Shown in pieces: positions 49,730 to 63,204 of a stretch of 64,000 bases of DNA (its first letter is position 1; every line of letters begins with the position of its first letter). A program made the translations under genes and the position numbers. The notes below the pieces were generated by a model that did no database searches, had not been told where the DNA came from, and worked only from the letters and a program-made list of their open reading frames with translations. Origin of the DNA: Squalus acanthias. Taxonomy: Eukaryota. The DNA lies in assembly GCA_030390025.1 (NCBI GenBank), contig CM059429.1, positions 139,066,001 to 139,130,000 of the forward strand, written 5' to 3'.

Positions 49730-50228
49730 AAGAACCATAGAATGATACAGCACTGAAGGAGGGCATTCGGCCCATCGTGCCTGTACCAGCTCTTTGGTAG
49801 AGCTATCCAATTAATCCCACTCCCATGCTCTATCCCCACAGCCCTGTAATTGTTTCCCATCAAGTATTTATCCAATTCTCTTTTGAATATTACTATTGAA
49901 TCTGCTTCCACCACCCTTTCAGGCAGTGCATTCCAGATCACAACAACTCGCTGTATAAAATGCCACCTCTGGCTCATTTGCCAATCACCTTAAATCTGTG
50001 TCCTCTAGTTACCGACCATTCTGCCACTGCCACTAAGAATAGTTTTGCCTTATTTACTCTACCAATACTATTCATGATTTTGAACCCCTCTATAAAATTT
50101 CCTCTTACCCTTCTCTGCTCGAAGAACAATCCCAGCTTCTACAATCTTTCCACATAACTGAAGTCCCTCATCCCTGATACCATTCTAGTAAATCTCTTCT
50201 GCACCTTCTCCAAGACCTTGACATCATT
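49730..50228 (-). mobile_element. CR1 3' fragment
   Basis: FIQRVVVIWNALPERVVEADS and CR1-type 3' UTR. Confidence 0.8.
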
Positions 50229-50937
50229 CGCACTCCTCTCCTGAAAGCACAGTCTCATGTTGTGTTATGGTTCCATGGGCACCCAAGTACCAGAGATGAG
50301 GAAACTCCCAGCTTGAGTGACCCCTCTCCCTAGTCAAGTTGCCACTGGTGTGGTAACCTTGTGTTCAGACCGTCGGTGGTTCCACCCTAAACAAGGCCCC
50401 GTGGAAACTGGCTGGGGAGGCTGAGATGCAGCATATTTGGATCCCGGCCTAATTTACGCCTTTTCCACCCCACTCCTGCTGGACTTATGGCAAGAGTGCC
50501 CCAGAAGGACCATGGGTTTTTTGTCCCAGGGTCAAGATAATGATGATATCGGTTAAATTAATGCCTTCTTTCTTATGCTATATCTGGCAACTTTTATAAA
50601 GTGGATTGAGAATTCTGAGAATTCAAGATTGTGTACAGAACCCAATATCCACAAAATATCCTTGCTTTAGAGTTACTAAAGACCTCACCTTTCCAACTTT
50701 GACTTCAGTTAAGATCATTACTCAAACTGGTGGGCCTCCTTATTTGCTCTACCAAAGTCCTGTGTAAAATAGAATAAGCCCAAGATAATTGCAGTGCCTT
50801 AAATGATACTCCTTATGACTGGAGTAGCCTGCCATCCATGGCCAGACAAAAAATACCCAGAACCTCTGTAGCAATTTACCTCCAGGGACAAGAATAACTC
50901 GCCAGCCAGCAACACTGCAAATGAGCTATAACGAAGG

Positions 50938-51075
50938 AGTAAAAAGCAAAATATTACAGATGCTGGAAATCTGAAACAAAAACAGAAAGCACTGGAAACG
51001 CTCAGCAGGTCAGACAGCATCTGTGGAGAGAACAAAAGTTGACATTTTGGGTACACCATCCCAGAACTGGAAGAT
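50938..51075. mobile_element. Degenerate Penelope terminal fragment
   Basis: 'cagatgctggaaatctgaaac...ctcagcaggtcagacagcatctgtggagaga', same family as 8171 and 27104. Confidence 0.7.
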
Positions 51076-54000
51076 ATTACAAATGAACAGCAGAGGGAGT
51101 TCTACCTTTGGGGGAAAATTAAGGAATTTAAAATGGAATTCTTCTAAACTGGAAACTTGGCCTCATTAGGATTACTAATATTTTCAAAAAATTTAAATGG
51201 CAATGGGGAGAGTTTGAGACCTGTGTGTGTGTGCATGTATTTGTGTGTGTGTGTGTTTTTGTGTGTATGTATGCGAGGTGTGTGTGTGGTGGGGCGGGGG
51301 CTTATGTGTGGGGTGGATGAAGCAAAGGTACTCAGAAATGTCTGATCAAGCTGCACATACTTGAGACACCTTGGCCCTGAAGTTCAGTAGGCTGTGATTG
51401 CAGTGATGGTGCTGTAATCGCACCCAGTGATGCCCTCCAACACTGACCCACTGGAGTTTGCAGTGTCAGTGGGAGGGAACCGGTGTCAGTTGCATGGGGC
51501 AGGTGGATGCAAGTGCCACTTTGACTGCATCTTTGGCCCATTAGTCTACCTGGAAACTTGAATGGCAGCCTGCTTGCGGGGATTGCGCAGGCGCTCCTCT
51601 CCACCCCACCCCACCAATGCTGCCATCGCTCCAATCTACCCCCGAACAATGTGGCCAATCCTGTAAAAAAAAGTTTTAATCCTTCCTGTTCAAGGTTTGA
51701 GGCCTCTTGGCAGACCTGGACACCAGCGGGCAGGCCCACATGCACCTATATATAGGCTGGTACACCTTATTTACTGGCTGTCACTACAACACTAGGTCCC
51801 ATTCATGGCTAGCACCAGAGACTTCCAGCTTATGGAGTCCCCACCCCCATCCCAACTGCCAGCCTGTGATTTATCTTATAAGGGCAGACTGAAGTTCTGT
51901 CCCTTACATGTCAATACAGAAACACACAGAATCAGTAAAGACTTGAGAAAACCGGATCTCCGTTGTTTCCTTGGGGCTCCCACCAAAGTTATGACGAAAA
52001 ACTGGTAGAACCCCCATGGAGTTTCAGGATCCTGGAAATGGGCTTCAGACTTCTAGATCCCAGAAACAGTAGTGGATCCATCGCACTCCCTTTTCAATGG
52101 CTGTATATGCTCAGGATAAATAATTTCATGGTGCATAGTAATGGATCTAGCATTCCTATTGTACTCAATTTGCATCAAGAACACATTTTTAAAATTAGAT
52201 GAAAGATCTTTCCAAATTGGGGAGTTAAGATGAACCAATCGATGTTCATCAATGAGGAGGGTACACCTACTGCTGGCTAAAATTAGAATAAGCTTTTCCA
52301 TTATTCTTCCAATATGCTTAAGCTACTATGGCTGTTCTTAGGCTGTGTTGGAGATATGGGAACAGAAAGAGCATTAACAGATTTATTGTGGAGCGTTCAC
52401 ATATTAATCTTTTTGAAGAGTTGCAATAACATTATGAGAAAAAGTCATAAGGATATAAATCCCTGTAAAACCAGCGCTTATGGTGCTTGGGGCCTGGTCC
52501 TACCACTGGGTCTGGAGAGCAAAATAAGAATTATTTGCTGGGCTTTCTGTTGTTACAGAGTGGGGCCTTTCAAGGGTATATGAATGCTGGAAATCCTACC
52601 AACTGCAGACTTTTTGAAATACTTTTTCAAGACAGGAAGAACAGAGAGAGAAATGAGAAATAACATAACAAAGCCCTCAAAAATAGTGGGTTTGGATACA
52701 ATGGGGTTGAAATTGATTAATGGAAAAGAAAATTGGGCAGGGTGTAAAACGGACTGCCGATTCGCTATTGCCCGTCGCTGAAGACCAATTTCACCCCCAA
52801 TATTTGGTTCTGGGTTACATAACAGCTTTTTATAATACAAGTGGATAAGGGATGTAACACAAAGGCAGTTGCAAACTGCCTCCAGATGTTGGAAGGGGAA
52901 TTCAACTAAAATTTAGAACATAAGTTGCTGACTAATATTTATCTGTATTAGGCATAGGGCCATGACTAAACTGTGCTTCTGATGTATTGTGAAAGCTGGA
53001 TCTATCATTTCTATTTTTCAATAACATTTTCTTTTAAGAGCAGAGATTGGGGTCCGGAACGGGCAGGAGGTGGCTGCCAGCCTACGGAAAGTCACGTTTG
53101 CCCATGGCCACTCACTCGCATGCATGTAGGTGTCGGGAAGGGGGTTCCAACAGGGTCTCGCGGGAGGGAAGGCGGAGAGTCAAGGCAGTGGAGACCTAAA
53201 CTACCCTTGGGGGCCCAGAAGAACACTTCTGCTCCTCCTGGTCCCACAGAACAAAGTAAAAAAACTTACCTTTCAGGGCCTCTTCACATCTCAATCTTCT
53301 TCTGAACGGCTTCAGCCTGGCAGGAAACTCGCTCAGGCCCAAGTTAAAATTGCACTCGGGGACTGGTGATGTTATTGGACTTCGATCAGCATATTTAAAG
53401 AAGGACCCTGCCGGCTTCAGGAGGGTGGGTTTGATGCCTGGTCAGAAGAGCAGGTTAAAATCAGGATCGGCATGAATCAGGTGGGAGATCTGGGTTAAGT
53501 CGCCTGCCTGGTTTCTGCTGGGCAGATTGGGTTAAAATCACCCATTCAGTCTTTCCCAGCTTCCACCTACTTGGCGAGTAACCCTGAGACAGAATTTACA
53601 TAGATACAGGTACGGATGCTCTATACTCAGACAGGTCAGTGGTCATGTTGAGGAGGTGCCCCCCAGCAGGGCTATACATGTAACAGGCAAGGAACAGACA
53701 GTTGGTTCTCATGTCAACACCAAATCTGGGCACCAAATGCCTCTGTACAAGTGACAGTAAGGATTTTAGAAAGTATACAGCACCTTGCAGTTGGAACAGC
53801 AGTGGATATGGCTGATCATGATGCAGGCCTCTCCAGGTCCACAGTACGTGGAAGTTTTGTATCATTGAAATCATAAGATCCTTGCTTCGATATTTTGCAA
53901 CAAGCTAACACACCCACTTGTTACATTAATGAACCACTTAGGAGCAGGACATACCACATTCATAAATATGACCCAAGGGGAAAGCCCTAAAGTGGGTTTC

Positions 54001-54129
54001 GGAATATTGCCAGCACTTGCATGATTCAATGCAATGTGGCTTTAGGAATATTTCCAGCACTTGCTGATTTCATGCTCTAAAATGCGGCGGGACACAAAGG
54101 ACTTTCTACCTCATAAAGTGGGACTTTAC

Positions 54130-55956
54130 GGGGTAGAATGTCTTTCATGTCCCGTCGCATTTTAGAGCATGAATTCGGCAGTCAGACAACCGGCGAAAGA
54201 AATGCGCACAAAAAGTGGCCGCCACATTGGTAAAGGCGGACATTAGGCGTTCCTGGTGGCCGCCTGAAATGAACGATGATATTATTAAAGTATGTTAATA
54301 GGGGTCCTGCGTTTGAATTAGGACCCTTTTACAAAATTGGTTCCTGGGAGCCTTTCATTTATGTTTTCTTGTACCCTCCCTAAATAACATGGCACCATGG
54401 AAAGATGGATGAAGCAGCGCTAGTTAAGTGGGTCCTCACCTCTAGTAAGGTAAGTCACTGGAATGTCATTTTTGGCTAATTGGGGATTTTTGCAGCTTTT
54501 TTTGGCTCTTTTGGTTGAGTTTTGGCAGTAGTTCAGTTAGATTGCTGACTTTTGGTTGCAGCTACACTGTGTGATTCCACTGACTGCAGGAGACCCAGAA
54601 AAGGTGGGTATGTTGCTGGGATTATCAATTAGGCTCCCACAACAGCAGTAGCAGCAGCAGGCATGGCAGCACAGATCTGTGGAGGTGAAGGAGGCAAGGA
54701 CCAAGGAGGCATTACAACATCCGGGTCTTCCGGAACAGGATCTTGTACCTCAACAAGTCAAGAGGAGCAGTGTGTGAGGAGGCTGCGCTTCAACAGGCAG
54801 GCGGTCACTGACCTATGTTACCTGTTGCAGCAGAAATTGGGGACAAATGCCAGAGCACACACAGAGCACTGCCTGTTGCAGTGAAGGCAACCATGGCTCT
54901 GCTTCGATGCCACAGGCTCATTCCAGGCTGCAGCAACATCAATCAGTTTGGTGTCTTTATGGTCATCAAGCAAGAAGACAGCTGTATCTCTCCTTGAATG
55001 TTCAGCTGGTGTGTGACCACAGGCACTGAATAATTCAGGTCTGCGCAGTAGTCATGACACCTTCCTACTGCACCAGTCCTTAATCCCCCCCCCCGTGTCT
55101 TCAACCTAGACCAGCGGGTGTCAGGCTGGGTCCTTGGAGACAGGGGTATCCTCTTTACACCTGCCTCATAACTCCTGTCAAGAACACGGGCATGGGCACA
55201 GACACGGAGTGTCGATGCAATGAGAACCACACAAGAACAAGAGCAGCCACATCAGGAGGAAGAAGTGGAGGAGGAAGATAAGAAGGAAACGAGGAAAAAG
55301 ATGATGAGAAAGAATAAGGCAGAGCAGTGCTGCTAGCTGCCAGAGCTGTAAGGCAACAAATTATTGAGGAGAGATTTTGTTAAGCAAACCCTCCCCCCAG
55401 CACAACAGTCCCACCATTTGACCCACTGCTTCCACCCACCTTCTGAATGCCCTCCAACACTTCTACTTCAATGATCTTCCTCCTACATAACTATGAATAT
55501 GAAGACCAACTGTAAAGCCAAGCAAATAAAACTGTTTACTTCACATCATGCATATTACGTATTTTATAACTTTCCCCTCCTCTTCATATTGAAATTAAAT
55601 CATCCTAGTGCAATCCCTTTCTGCCTGGCCTCTGTGCTCATTGACCTATTCTAGTGCTCTTGAAGCATTTGCTTCTTCTGCCCTCTCCTGAGCTGCCTTC
55701 AGGTTCCCTGCAACCAATGTGCACCTCTCCTTTAAGAGGTACAGGCTGCCATTAAATAGCAAAAGGAACGCCATAAATTGAAGGCCATGATTAGGTGAGC
55801 TGACAATCAACAGCAGGACTAATGCTGGCAGCCCGCCAATATAATTATAATGAGGGCCCCTGACCAATTTACCAGTCTTATCCCACCCATGTGATTAGGT
55901 GCACGCTGCCGGCGTTATACTCAGCCCGAAAATGGGCCTACTCGAATTTCTACTCC
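54130..55956 (+). mobile_element. Decayed Harbinger element with transposase relic and 3-bp TSD TAC
   Basis: Ends GGGGTAGAATGTC and GAATTTCTACTCC; tac at 54127-54129 and 55957-55959; EEQCVRRLRFNRQAVTDLCYLL, SLNVQLVCDH, GWVLGDRGYPL. Confidence 0.75.
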
Positions 55957-56959
55957 TACATCTCCAGTGTTGAGGGGAAAGCTGAAATGTCAATGCAGTT
56001 TCCTTGCTAAGTGAAACTTCTGCAAAGTATCAGTACTACTAGCCTGTTCAGAATCAGTCATATTTGTTTTTGGTGACGTTAATGTAATCCCCAAACCCAC
56101 ACATTTACCATAGTCAAGTACACTGCAGCTAACACACAAGTTCTCAAATCATTGCAAAGAACATTTTGCAATGGAAACTATGCACAGTAAAAGTCATGCA
56201 AGTATTCCTAATTTTCCACAACTGTTAAATCATTAAAGGTTCATTAAATCTGTTTCCTTTAGTTGCTGATAATAATTGTATATCATTTCTCAGTACATAG
56301 TCAAAAGAAAATTGAAGTCATAATGGAAAACCTGTCTATACAGGTACTGATGGAAATATTTCCTGCACAGCCTGTGTACAAGTGATTCTCTATAATCTGC
56401 TTGGCTTTCTTAAATTAGCAGTGTATTTTCTTGAGTATTTCCAAACTGAATAAGTGACTTCCTACAACAGAGTAGCACAAACACATATTTGACTGATCCA
56501 GTGTGACACAGTGGCAGAGTTAAAGGTTAGCCCATTGACATTTAGGAATGATTTTATTGCAGAACTATTACTGACATTGTCTCTGGCCTCAGTTTTTTAA
56601 AATCAATGATAAGGCTACTGGGCTCTTAGCCTGACTGATTCATGTTACATTTTAGACGACATTCTAGAACACTTTCTGTAGCGTATACCTTACAGCACAT
56701 CAAGAGCATGATTTTCCTAAAGACACACAAAAATAGACGGAGAGAAGCCAGCTAAGTTGATACAAGCACTGTTACTGCCTAATAATCCTATGCAAAAGTG
56801 CAAATAGTAATGTTAAAATGTCCATCAAGCAGTCTTCACATACAACAGCAGCCATTTTTCCTCAACTACTGTTGGTAGCATAGTAAGTAGTCCAGCTTCT
56901 TGCATGAACTGTACAGTTAGTTTATACTGGGTGGGATTGCCCTTACCTGGTTCCATTCT

Positions 56960-57750
56960 TACATGTCCATTGTCATCGGTTCCTGCCACAAACTCCATTC
57001 CCTAGTCACCAACTCCATCCCTCTCCCTAGCCACTGTCTGAAGTTGAACCAGACTGTTTGCAACCTTAGTGTCCTATTTGACCGTGAGATGAGCTTCTGA
57101 TCACATATCTGCTCCAAAACTGCCTACTTCCAACACTGTAATATCGTCCATCTCTGACCCTGCCTCAGCTCATCTCCTGCTGAAACCCTCATCCATGCCT
57201 TTGCTACCTCTAGACTTGATTATTCCAACGCTCTCCTAGCCGGCCTCCCATTTTCCACCCTCCATGAACATGAGCTCATTCAAAACTCTGCTGCCCATAT
57301 CCTAACTCACACCAAGTTCCGTTCATCCATCACCCCTGTGCTTGCTGACTTACATTGGCTCCCGGTCCAGCAATGCCTCGATTTTAAAATTCTCATCCTT
57401 GTCTTCAAATCCCGCCATGGCCTCGCCCTCCCTATCTCTTAACATCTTCCAGCCCTACAACCCTCTGAGATCTCTGCACTCCTCTAATTCTGGCCTCTTG
57501 CACATCCCCAATTTTAATTGCTCCAACATTGGCAGCCTTCAGCTGCCTAGGCCCTAAGCTCCGGTGTTCCCTCCCTAAACCTCTCCGCCTCTCTAGCTCT
57601 CCATCCTCCTTTGAGACACTTCTTAAAACCTACCTCTCGCCTGTTCTAATATCTTCTTATGTGGCTCGGTGTCAAATTTTGTTTGATAACGCTCCTGTGA
57701 AGTGCCTTGGGATGTTTTACTACGTTAAAGGCGCTATATAAATGCAAGCA
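56960..57750 (+). mobile_element. L2-clade LINE 3' end
   Basis: AETLIHAFATSRLDYSNALLAGLP..IQNSAA..ITPVLADLHWLPV..FKIL; tail 'aaaggcgctatataaatgcaag'. Confidence 0.85.
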
Positions 57751-58039
57751 GTTGGATCTAAATGCATTTCAAGCACATTATCACAAAGATTACATTTACA
57801 TCTGTGTTTACATTTTTAGCAACATCCTGAAAAAATATTTAAAATCTTCTACTAGGTACAGCTGGTGTTTTGCTCAGCAAGGATAGAAATCCAGGCAATG
57901 AAAATACACATAGGTTTCCCAGAACTGAGCTAACCAAAATAAAAATGAATCAGTTGCGAAAAGAGGATGGTTCCAGAATTTAAAACTATTAAGTGAACAC
58001 AAAATAGGTTCAAATGGAGAAAGCCTTTGGCCCATTTGA

Positions 58040-58370
58040 TTTTATCTTTTCAGAATGCCAATGCTACCATCTTCCTATTACAGAATTTAACTAACTCATT
58101 TAGTTTCTTAAATTAGTCCAGTGTTCTGGCCTCAACCATCCATCCTGGTAGCCCATTCCAACTGTTCATCACCCTCTATGGAAAGAAGTGCTTCTTGATG
58201 TTTGTCCTAAATTTGCCCTTCATAACCTTGAACTTGTGCCCTCCTGCCCTACTGCCCTCTTGTATCCAAAAGGACTAGTCAGTCTTTGCTTTCTCCATGA
58301 GGTCCTCTTCGAGATGTCTCATTTTGAGGCTAAAGAGCCCTAGTTTATCTAGTTGTTTCTCATAGCCGGG
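58040..58370 (-). mobile_element. Old CR1-type 3' fragment
   Basis: Reverse-strand remnants of RGHKFKV..KHFF..RVMNSWNGLP. Confidence 0.6.
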
Positions 58371-60471
58371 ACCATTGGTGTTCAGTGACCAGCTAAGTGA
58401 AGTTATGCTTTTATTACATGAGCTTGCAGGTTTTTTACTGATTTTTTAGGAGAAAACCGAAAAACAGTGACCATGCTCAGTCCTCCAACACCAGGGAGCA
58501 ACCTCATTTTTTTTTCCTCCACCACTTCTAGGGCCTGAATATCCCCTTCAGAACTGGTTGAAGATTGTAAGGATAAGGATGACATACAATATGACTGTGA
58601 CAATGTAATTTTGTTCAAAATCTGCAACTCAAAATCAGATATTACATGTTGTGGCTGTTTTCGGGGTCAAAACTATCCCTGGCTGCAGCACAAATAGCAT
58701 TTGCCTACCAGGAAAAATGGGCCTTAAACATCGTTGACTTGCACTCATTTCCTGCATCACTGCCAAAAAGAGTCAAAAAAGCTTAGCAACCTTATTGTGA
58801 ATCAAGAGCAAATATTGGTAACAGACCAACTTCTTCAATATTTATGTTCAACATTAAGACAATGTTATAGGTTTATACACATATATCACTGACCTCATGT
58901 ACAATAAAGACTATCCAGTGAGCAGAAAGGAATTTAGTAGAGGCAGAGAGAAGCTGTTTTAGTTTCTCATAATGTTTTTTTTTAATCTAGAATAAAACCA
59001 GATTGACAGTACATTACCAGGAAGCAACATATTTTAGGGGTCCTGATTTTATAAACCCCCAAAACAAAGTTTAAGTAGCTAAGAAGCTTTTCAGAGTTTG
59101 TTGCAACATTAACGCTGTTTTTGTCATATTTTGCTTTCTATGTGTTGCAGTTCATACTTTCGTATCATATCTAGGATTCTTCTGCATACTATGTGAGCAC
59201 ATTAAGGTTCCCATTACTAACGGAACCACGTAGCAGAAAGAAAGGATTTTCTGGGGAATAGCATTTGTCGTCTATGCATTATGAAACTACTCACATCAGT
59301 TATTTATATATAAGAATCATTTAGATTAAACTGACATATATAAGTGATAAGTGTCACTTTAAAAAGATTTCTATTTCTATTCACTACACATGAATTTGTC
59401 AGTAACTCATTTAAGGGGAATTTACTGTATTACAGCAGTTTTTCTAGTTTTAACATAAATGATGTGTCATAACTAAATGAAACAAATCCATATCAGATTT
59501 AGAATTAGAAAAATCTTCTGAAGTCTCAAGGGGCTGTTCAGGGAGCGTTTGATGACTAATATATTTTCCTTCAGGGTTGTAGAGTTTGCAGCTCTGATGA
59601 CATGTGTGTCTGTTGGTTTCATTCGAAAATTCAGCCACAAAGTTAAGATCTCTCACTAAAGCCCTATTTGCACCTCAGCTGTAAATTCACATTTCTTATG
59701 CATTTGCAACAAATTTCAAAGTGTAAACAGGAGCTGTTATTTACTTCAGTTCTATTTCAGACTAAAACTCTTTCCCCTCAGAAGCAGATTGGAGGTCTAC
59801 TGCAATGTACTAGATTAATATAAATGGATCACCTTCTTCGGAGGAAAGTTAACACCCAGCATGTATGTTGGGCTTGTAATTTACTGTGGGATCTAACTCA
59901 CAGCATAGGTAACGAAGTACTAGGAGATAATACTCATTCCAAGTTCTTCGAATAATTTTGGTCCAAACTGTGTCCATCAGGATTAACCTCGCTTCCATCT
60001 GCAATCCAACAGCCACTGTAGGTTTGGTAAATTCCATACTGCAATTTTATGAATCAGCCCCAGTTTCCAGTAAATATTCCCCTGCGGTAGCATTTCTGAC
60101 GTGACTAATTCAGAAACGTAACGATGCAAATGTTCACTGGATAACTCATCGGCCTTGTGGTCACGTCCCACAGGTCAAATCCTCCCACTTACCCGTCACC
60201 TATTCCAGCCTTACATCTGCATTGTACATTGTACTACCTGTCATTCATGGTGTATGCTCCACAACCCCCTTGGTTCTGCATATACACTCATGCTGTCTTT
60301 AACGTTAATGTTAATGAAGTCAGTGTTAATAGAAAAGATCAGATTAAGAATGTGGCAACTTAGATTGCAACATGCCTTCCCTACAGTTTTGAAGATGTAA
60401 AAGAAGTTAATTTTTGTCTGGTTTGAACTTGACAAACAAGTTTTAACATTTTTTGTGGCACAAGACTAACT

Positions 60472-60721
60472 GGGGTAGATTTCCACCAAGCAGACTTCAG
60501 GCGGGCAGGCAGCGAGTCGTGCCAGCCTGTCGCCCCATTGTCCCAGCGAGAACCCGGTTCAATTTGACGGCCTCCGAACTCAGGCAGGCGCTCTGGCCAC
60601 CCAGCGGTAAGCCTGGGGGAAGATTACGGTGGCCATAGCGATAGCAGGAACTGGGTGGTAAGCCATTTTTGGGGCACTATTTCCTCATTTCCACAAGGTG
60701 GGAGGTCTCAAAATCTACCCC
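60472..60721. mobile_element. MITE (250 bp)
   Basis: TIR GGGGTAGATTT / AAATCTACCCC. Confidence 0.75.
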
Positions 60722-61061
60722 TCTATGACAGGAGTATACAGTAGGTAGATTATGTGTAGATTACTTGACTGTAGTAAGAACTATCAGAGGATCAGAGAGA
60801 GGCAGGCAGCAAAGACCAAATAAATTGAGTCCCTTTTTGTTGCATGGACAATGAAACAGGGGTCAGAGGTGGTGGCGCTCTGGTTGCTGTTTAACCTATG
60901 TGGTGCATTGGGACTAGGCTAATGACCTGAACCTGCAAATAAGCCTGGTTTCAGATCAGGTCAGGCAGAGCACGCCAAGTGCACACCACCTGACTAGCAT
61001 CCAGGAGCGGGGGCAGGGAAAGGAAAGGATGAGTAGCAGTGCAGTTCACCAAAAAGTTAAT

Positions 61062-61823
61062 GGCCCTGAAATTTGCCTCTCTGGCTTGCTGCGGGGGTAA
61101 GGATCGCGCGCGCACTTACCTACCGCGCCTGCCGTTGTGTTTTGGGCCCACGGGAACTTCAGCTCCTGGGCCTGTTCCAACTGCCGGCGCGCAGTCCTTG
61201 CGTGTTCCAGGGGCGCAGTTAGTGCGATGCGTCCCCTGGGATCACGTGGGCCATGGAGAGCCAATGGCAGCAGACCATCTTTCATTCATAGATTTGACAG
61301 GAAGACCTGTCAAATCTATGAATTGAAATCGGCCCCAAAAGAACAGCTAAACTTAAAATAAATTAAAAAAAACATCACATTTATAAAATAACTATAGTTA
61401 AATAAATTAACCACTTTAAACAAAAATTTAAATTTTTGAAAAATTTAAAATACTTTTTAACAGTGCTAAAAATAAACTTACCTTTCTTTAAAGTATCTAA
61501 AAAAGATAAACCTGTTGAAAAATGTTTTAAATTATACTTAATTAACCACTTACCTTGTTGAAAACGGCTCCTGCGCCTCCTTTTTAAAAGTGCAGATTCT
61601 TCAATACTTACCCTCCCGTAGAAACCTGAAAAAAAACCTAAGTTTGCTGCGTGCGCGCAGCCTCTCCCGTGTACGCGGTTCACATAGGAACCGCCCCCTT
61701 CACCAGACCGGAAGTTCCGGTTTCCCGCGCATGCGCAGTGCATGCAGGAAACCGGCACTTCAGGACGCCTTACGGGTGAGTGCGCACTGTGTGCTCACCC
61801 GGCAAGGGCCGAATTTTTGGCCC
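61062..61823. mobile_element. MITE with GC-rich arms and an AT-rich core
   Basis: GGCCCTGAAATTTGCC ... GGCCGAATTTTTGGCCC; imperfect TIR. Confidence 0.6.
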
Positions 61824-61934
61824 ATCATGTTGATTGTGTGTGACTGCGAATGAGAGTTAAGAGGAAAGAAAAAAGGAAGCGAAAATGCCCAAACACCTGC
61901 TGTGCATGCCTCCATCCTTGCCATTCCCGATTTT

Positions 61935-63150
61935 TAAAAAAAGAACTTGCATTTGCACAGCACCTTTCACAACCTCAAGATGTCCCAAGGTGCTTCATAG
62001 CCAATACTTTTGAAGTATAATCACTGTTGTAATGTAGGGAAATGCAACAGTTAATTTGCGCACAGCATGGTCCCACAACAGCAATGAGATAAATGATCAG
62101 ATAATCTGTTTTAGTGATGTTGGCTGAGGGATAAAGGTTGGCCAGGACACCGGGAGAACTAACCTGCTCTTGATCAGATAGTTTCACAGGATCTTTTACA
62201 TTCACCTGAGAGGGAAGACAGGGGAAGAAATTCCCCTCCTTTGCGCCTCCCGTGGAGGGCGCTAACAGGGTGCAAAGGCCTTTTTGTCCGGGCGTGGCGT
62301 TGACCTCACCTCCCGCCAAATTTGGTGGGAGATTAGTGGCGGCGCTACAGGGTTGCGCCACGATCTCCTGCGCCCGGAGGTCATGACATCATCTCCGGGC
62401 GCATTGCCCTGGCAGCATCCCGGCACAAAAATTCCCCTTCGCCCCCCTGCAGTAGCGCCGGGCGATGGCAGCGACTGCTGCAGGGGACGCGAGCAGGGCG
62501 GCTGGCCGCTAGCGGGGCGCCATTTAAAGGTGAGGTGGCCGGCCGCCTTGAAAAAAATGTCGGATTTTTTTTAAGCTTTTTTTTGTGTGACTCCGGACGC
62601 GGGGTCCGAGTCGCGATCGGTCATCCCAGCACTCTGCTTGAGTGCTGGGTTGATTGCGCGGCACCCCCGCTCCCTGATGGTCCAGGTAAGTTTAAAAAAA
62701 AAACTGCAGAGTTTGCAGCATGGGGCCCTTCCCTTTAATTCAGGGAAGAGCCCCTGCAACACAGCAGCGCTACGCGTCCCCAGTGCGTGGCGCTGCTGAG
62801 CCGTGCGCCCCGGGTCATGAACTTCCCCCCCTCTTGCGCTCCAAGAAGGAAGTGGAGTGCTTGATTTAGCGCTCCACTTCCCTCTTGGAGCAAAAAATTG
62901 GGAATTTCAGAGAGGCTGGAAGAGGTTAGCGCCTGGCGCTAACTTTTCCAGCTTTTCTGATTTAGTGCCCCAAACGGGGCTCGAGGGGAATTTCTAGCCC
63001 GATCTTTGTTTAATGTCTCATCGGAGAGACAGCATTTCCAACAGCGCAGCATTCCCTCACTATTATGTGGTCCAGTCCTGGAGTGGGGCTTGAACTTATG
63101 ACCTACCAACTCAGAGATAAGGGCGCTACCATTGAGCCAAGGCTGACAGC
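61935..63150 (-). mobile_element. Near full-length tRNA-headed Deu-SINE split by a MITE
   Basis: Minus strand: A-box tggctcaatgg, B-box gttcaagcc, Deu-like 'ccgatgagacattaaac', then after the MITE the 3' half ending 'aaatgcaagttc'. Confidence 0.75.
62221..63000. mobile_element. Harbinger-type MITE (780 bp)
   Basis: TIR GGGGAAGAAATTCCCCTC / GAGGGGAATTTCTAGCCC. Confidence 0.8.
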
Positions 63151-63204
63151 AATGCTGCATGTCCACTCTCTGTCAGTGAGGTCAATGGTTGCCTACTCCA
63201 TTGA

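Noticed and set aside
63085-63150. tRNA gene
   Set aside because: The A and B boxes belong to the SINE head; no intact cloverleaf.
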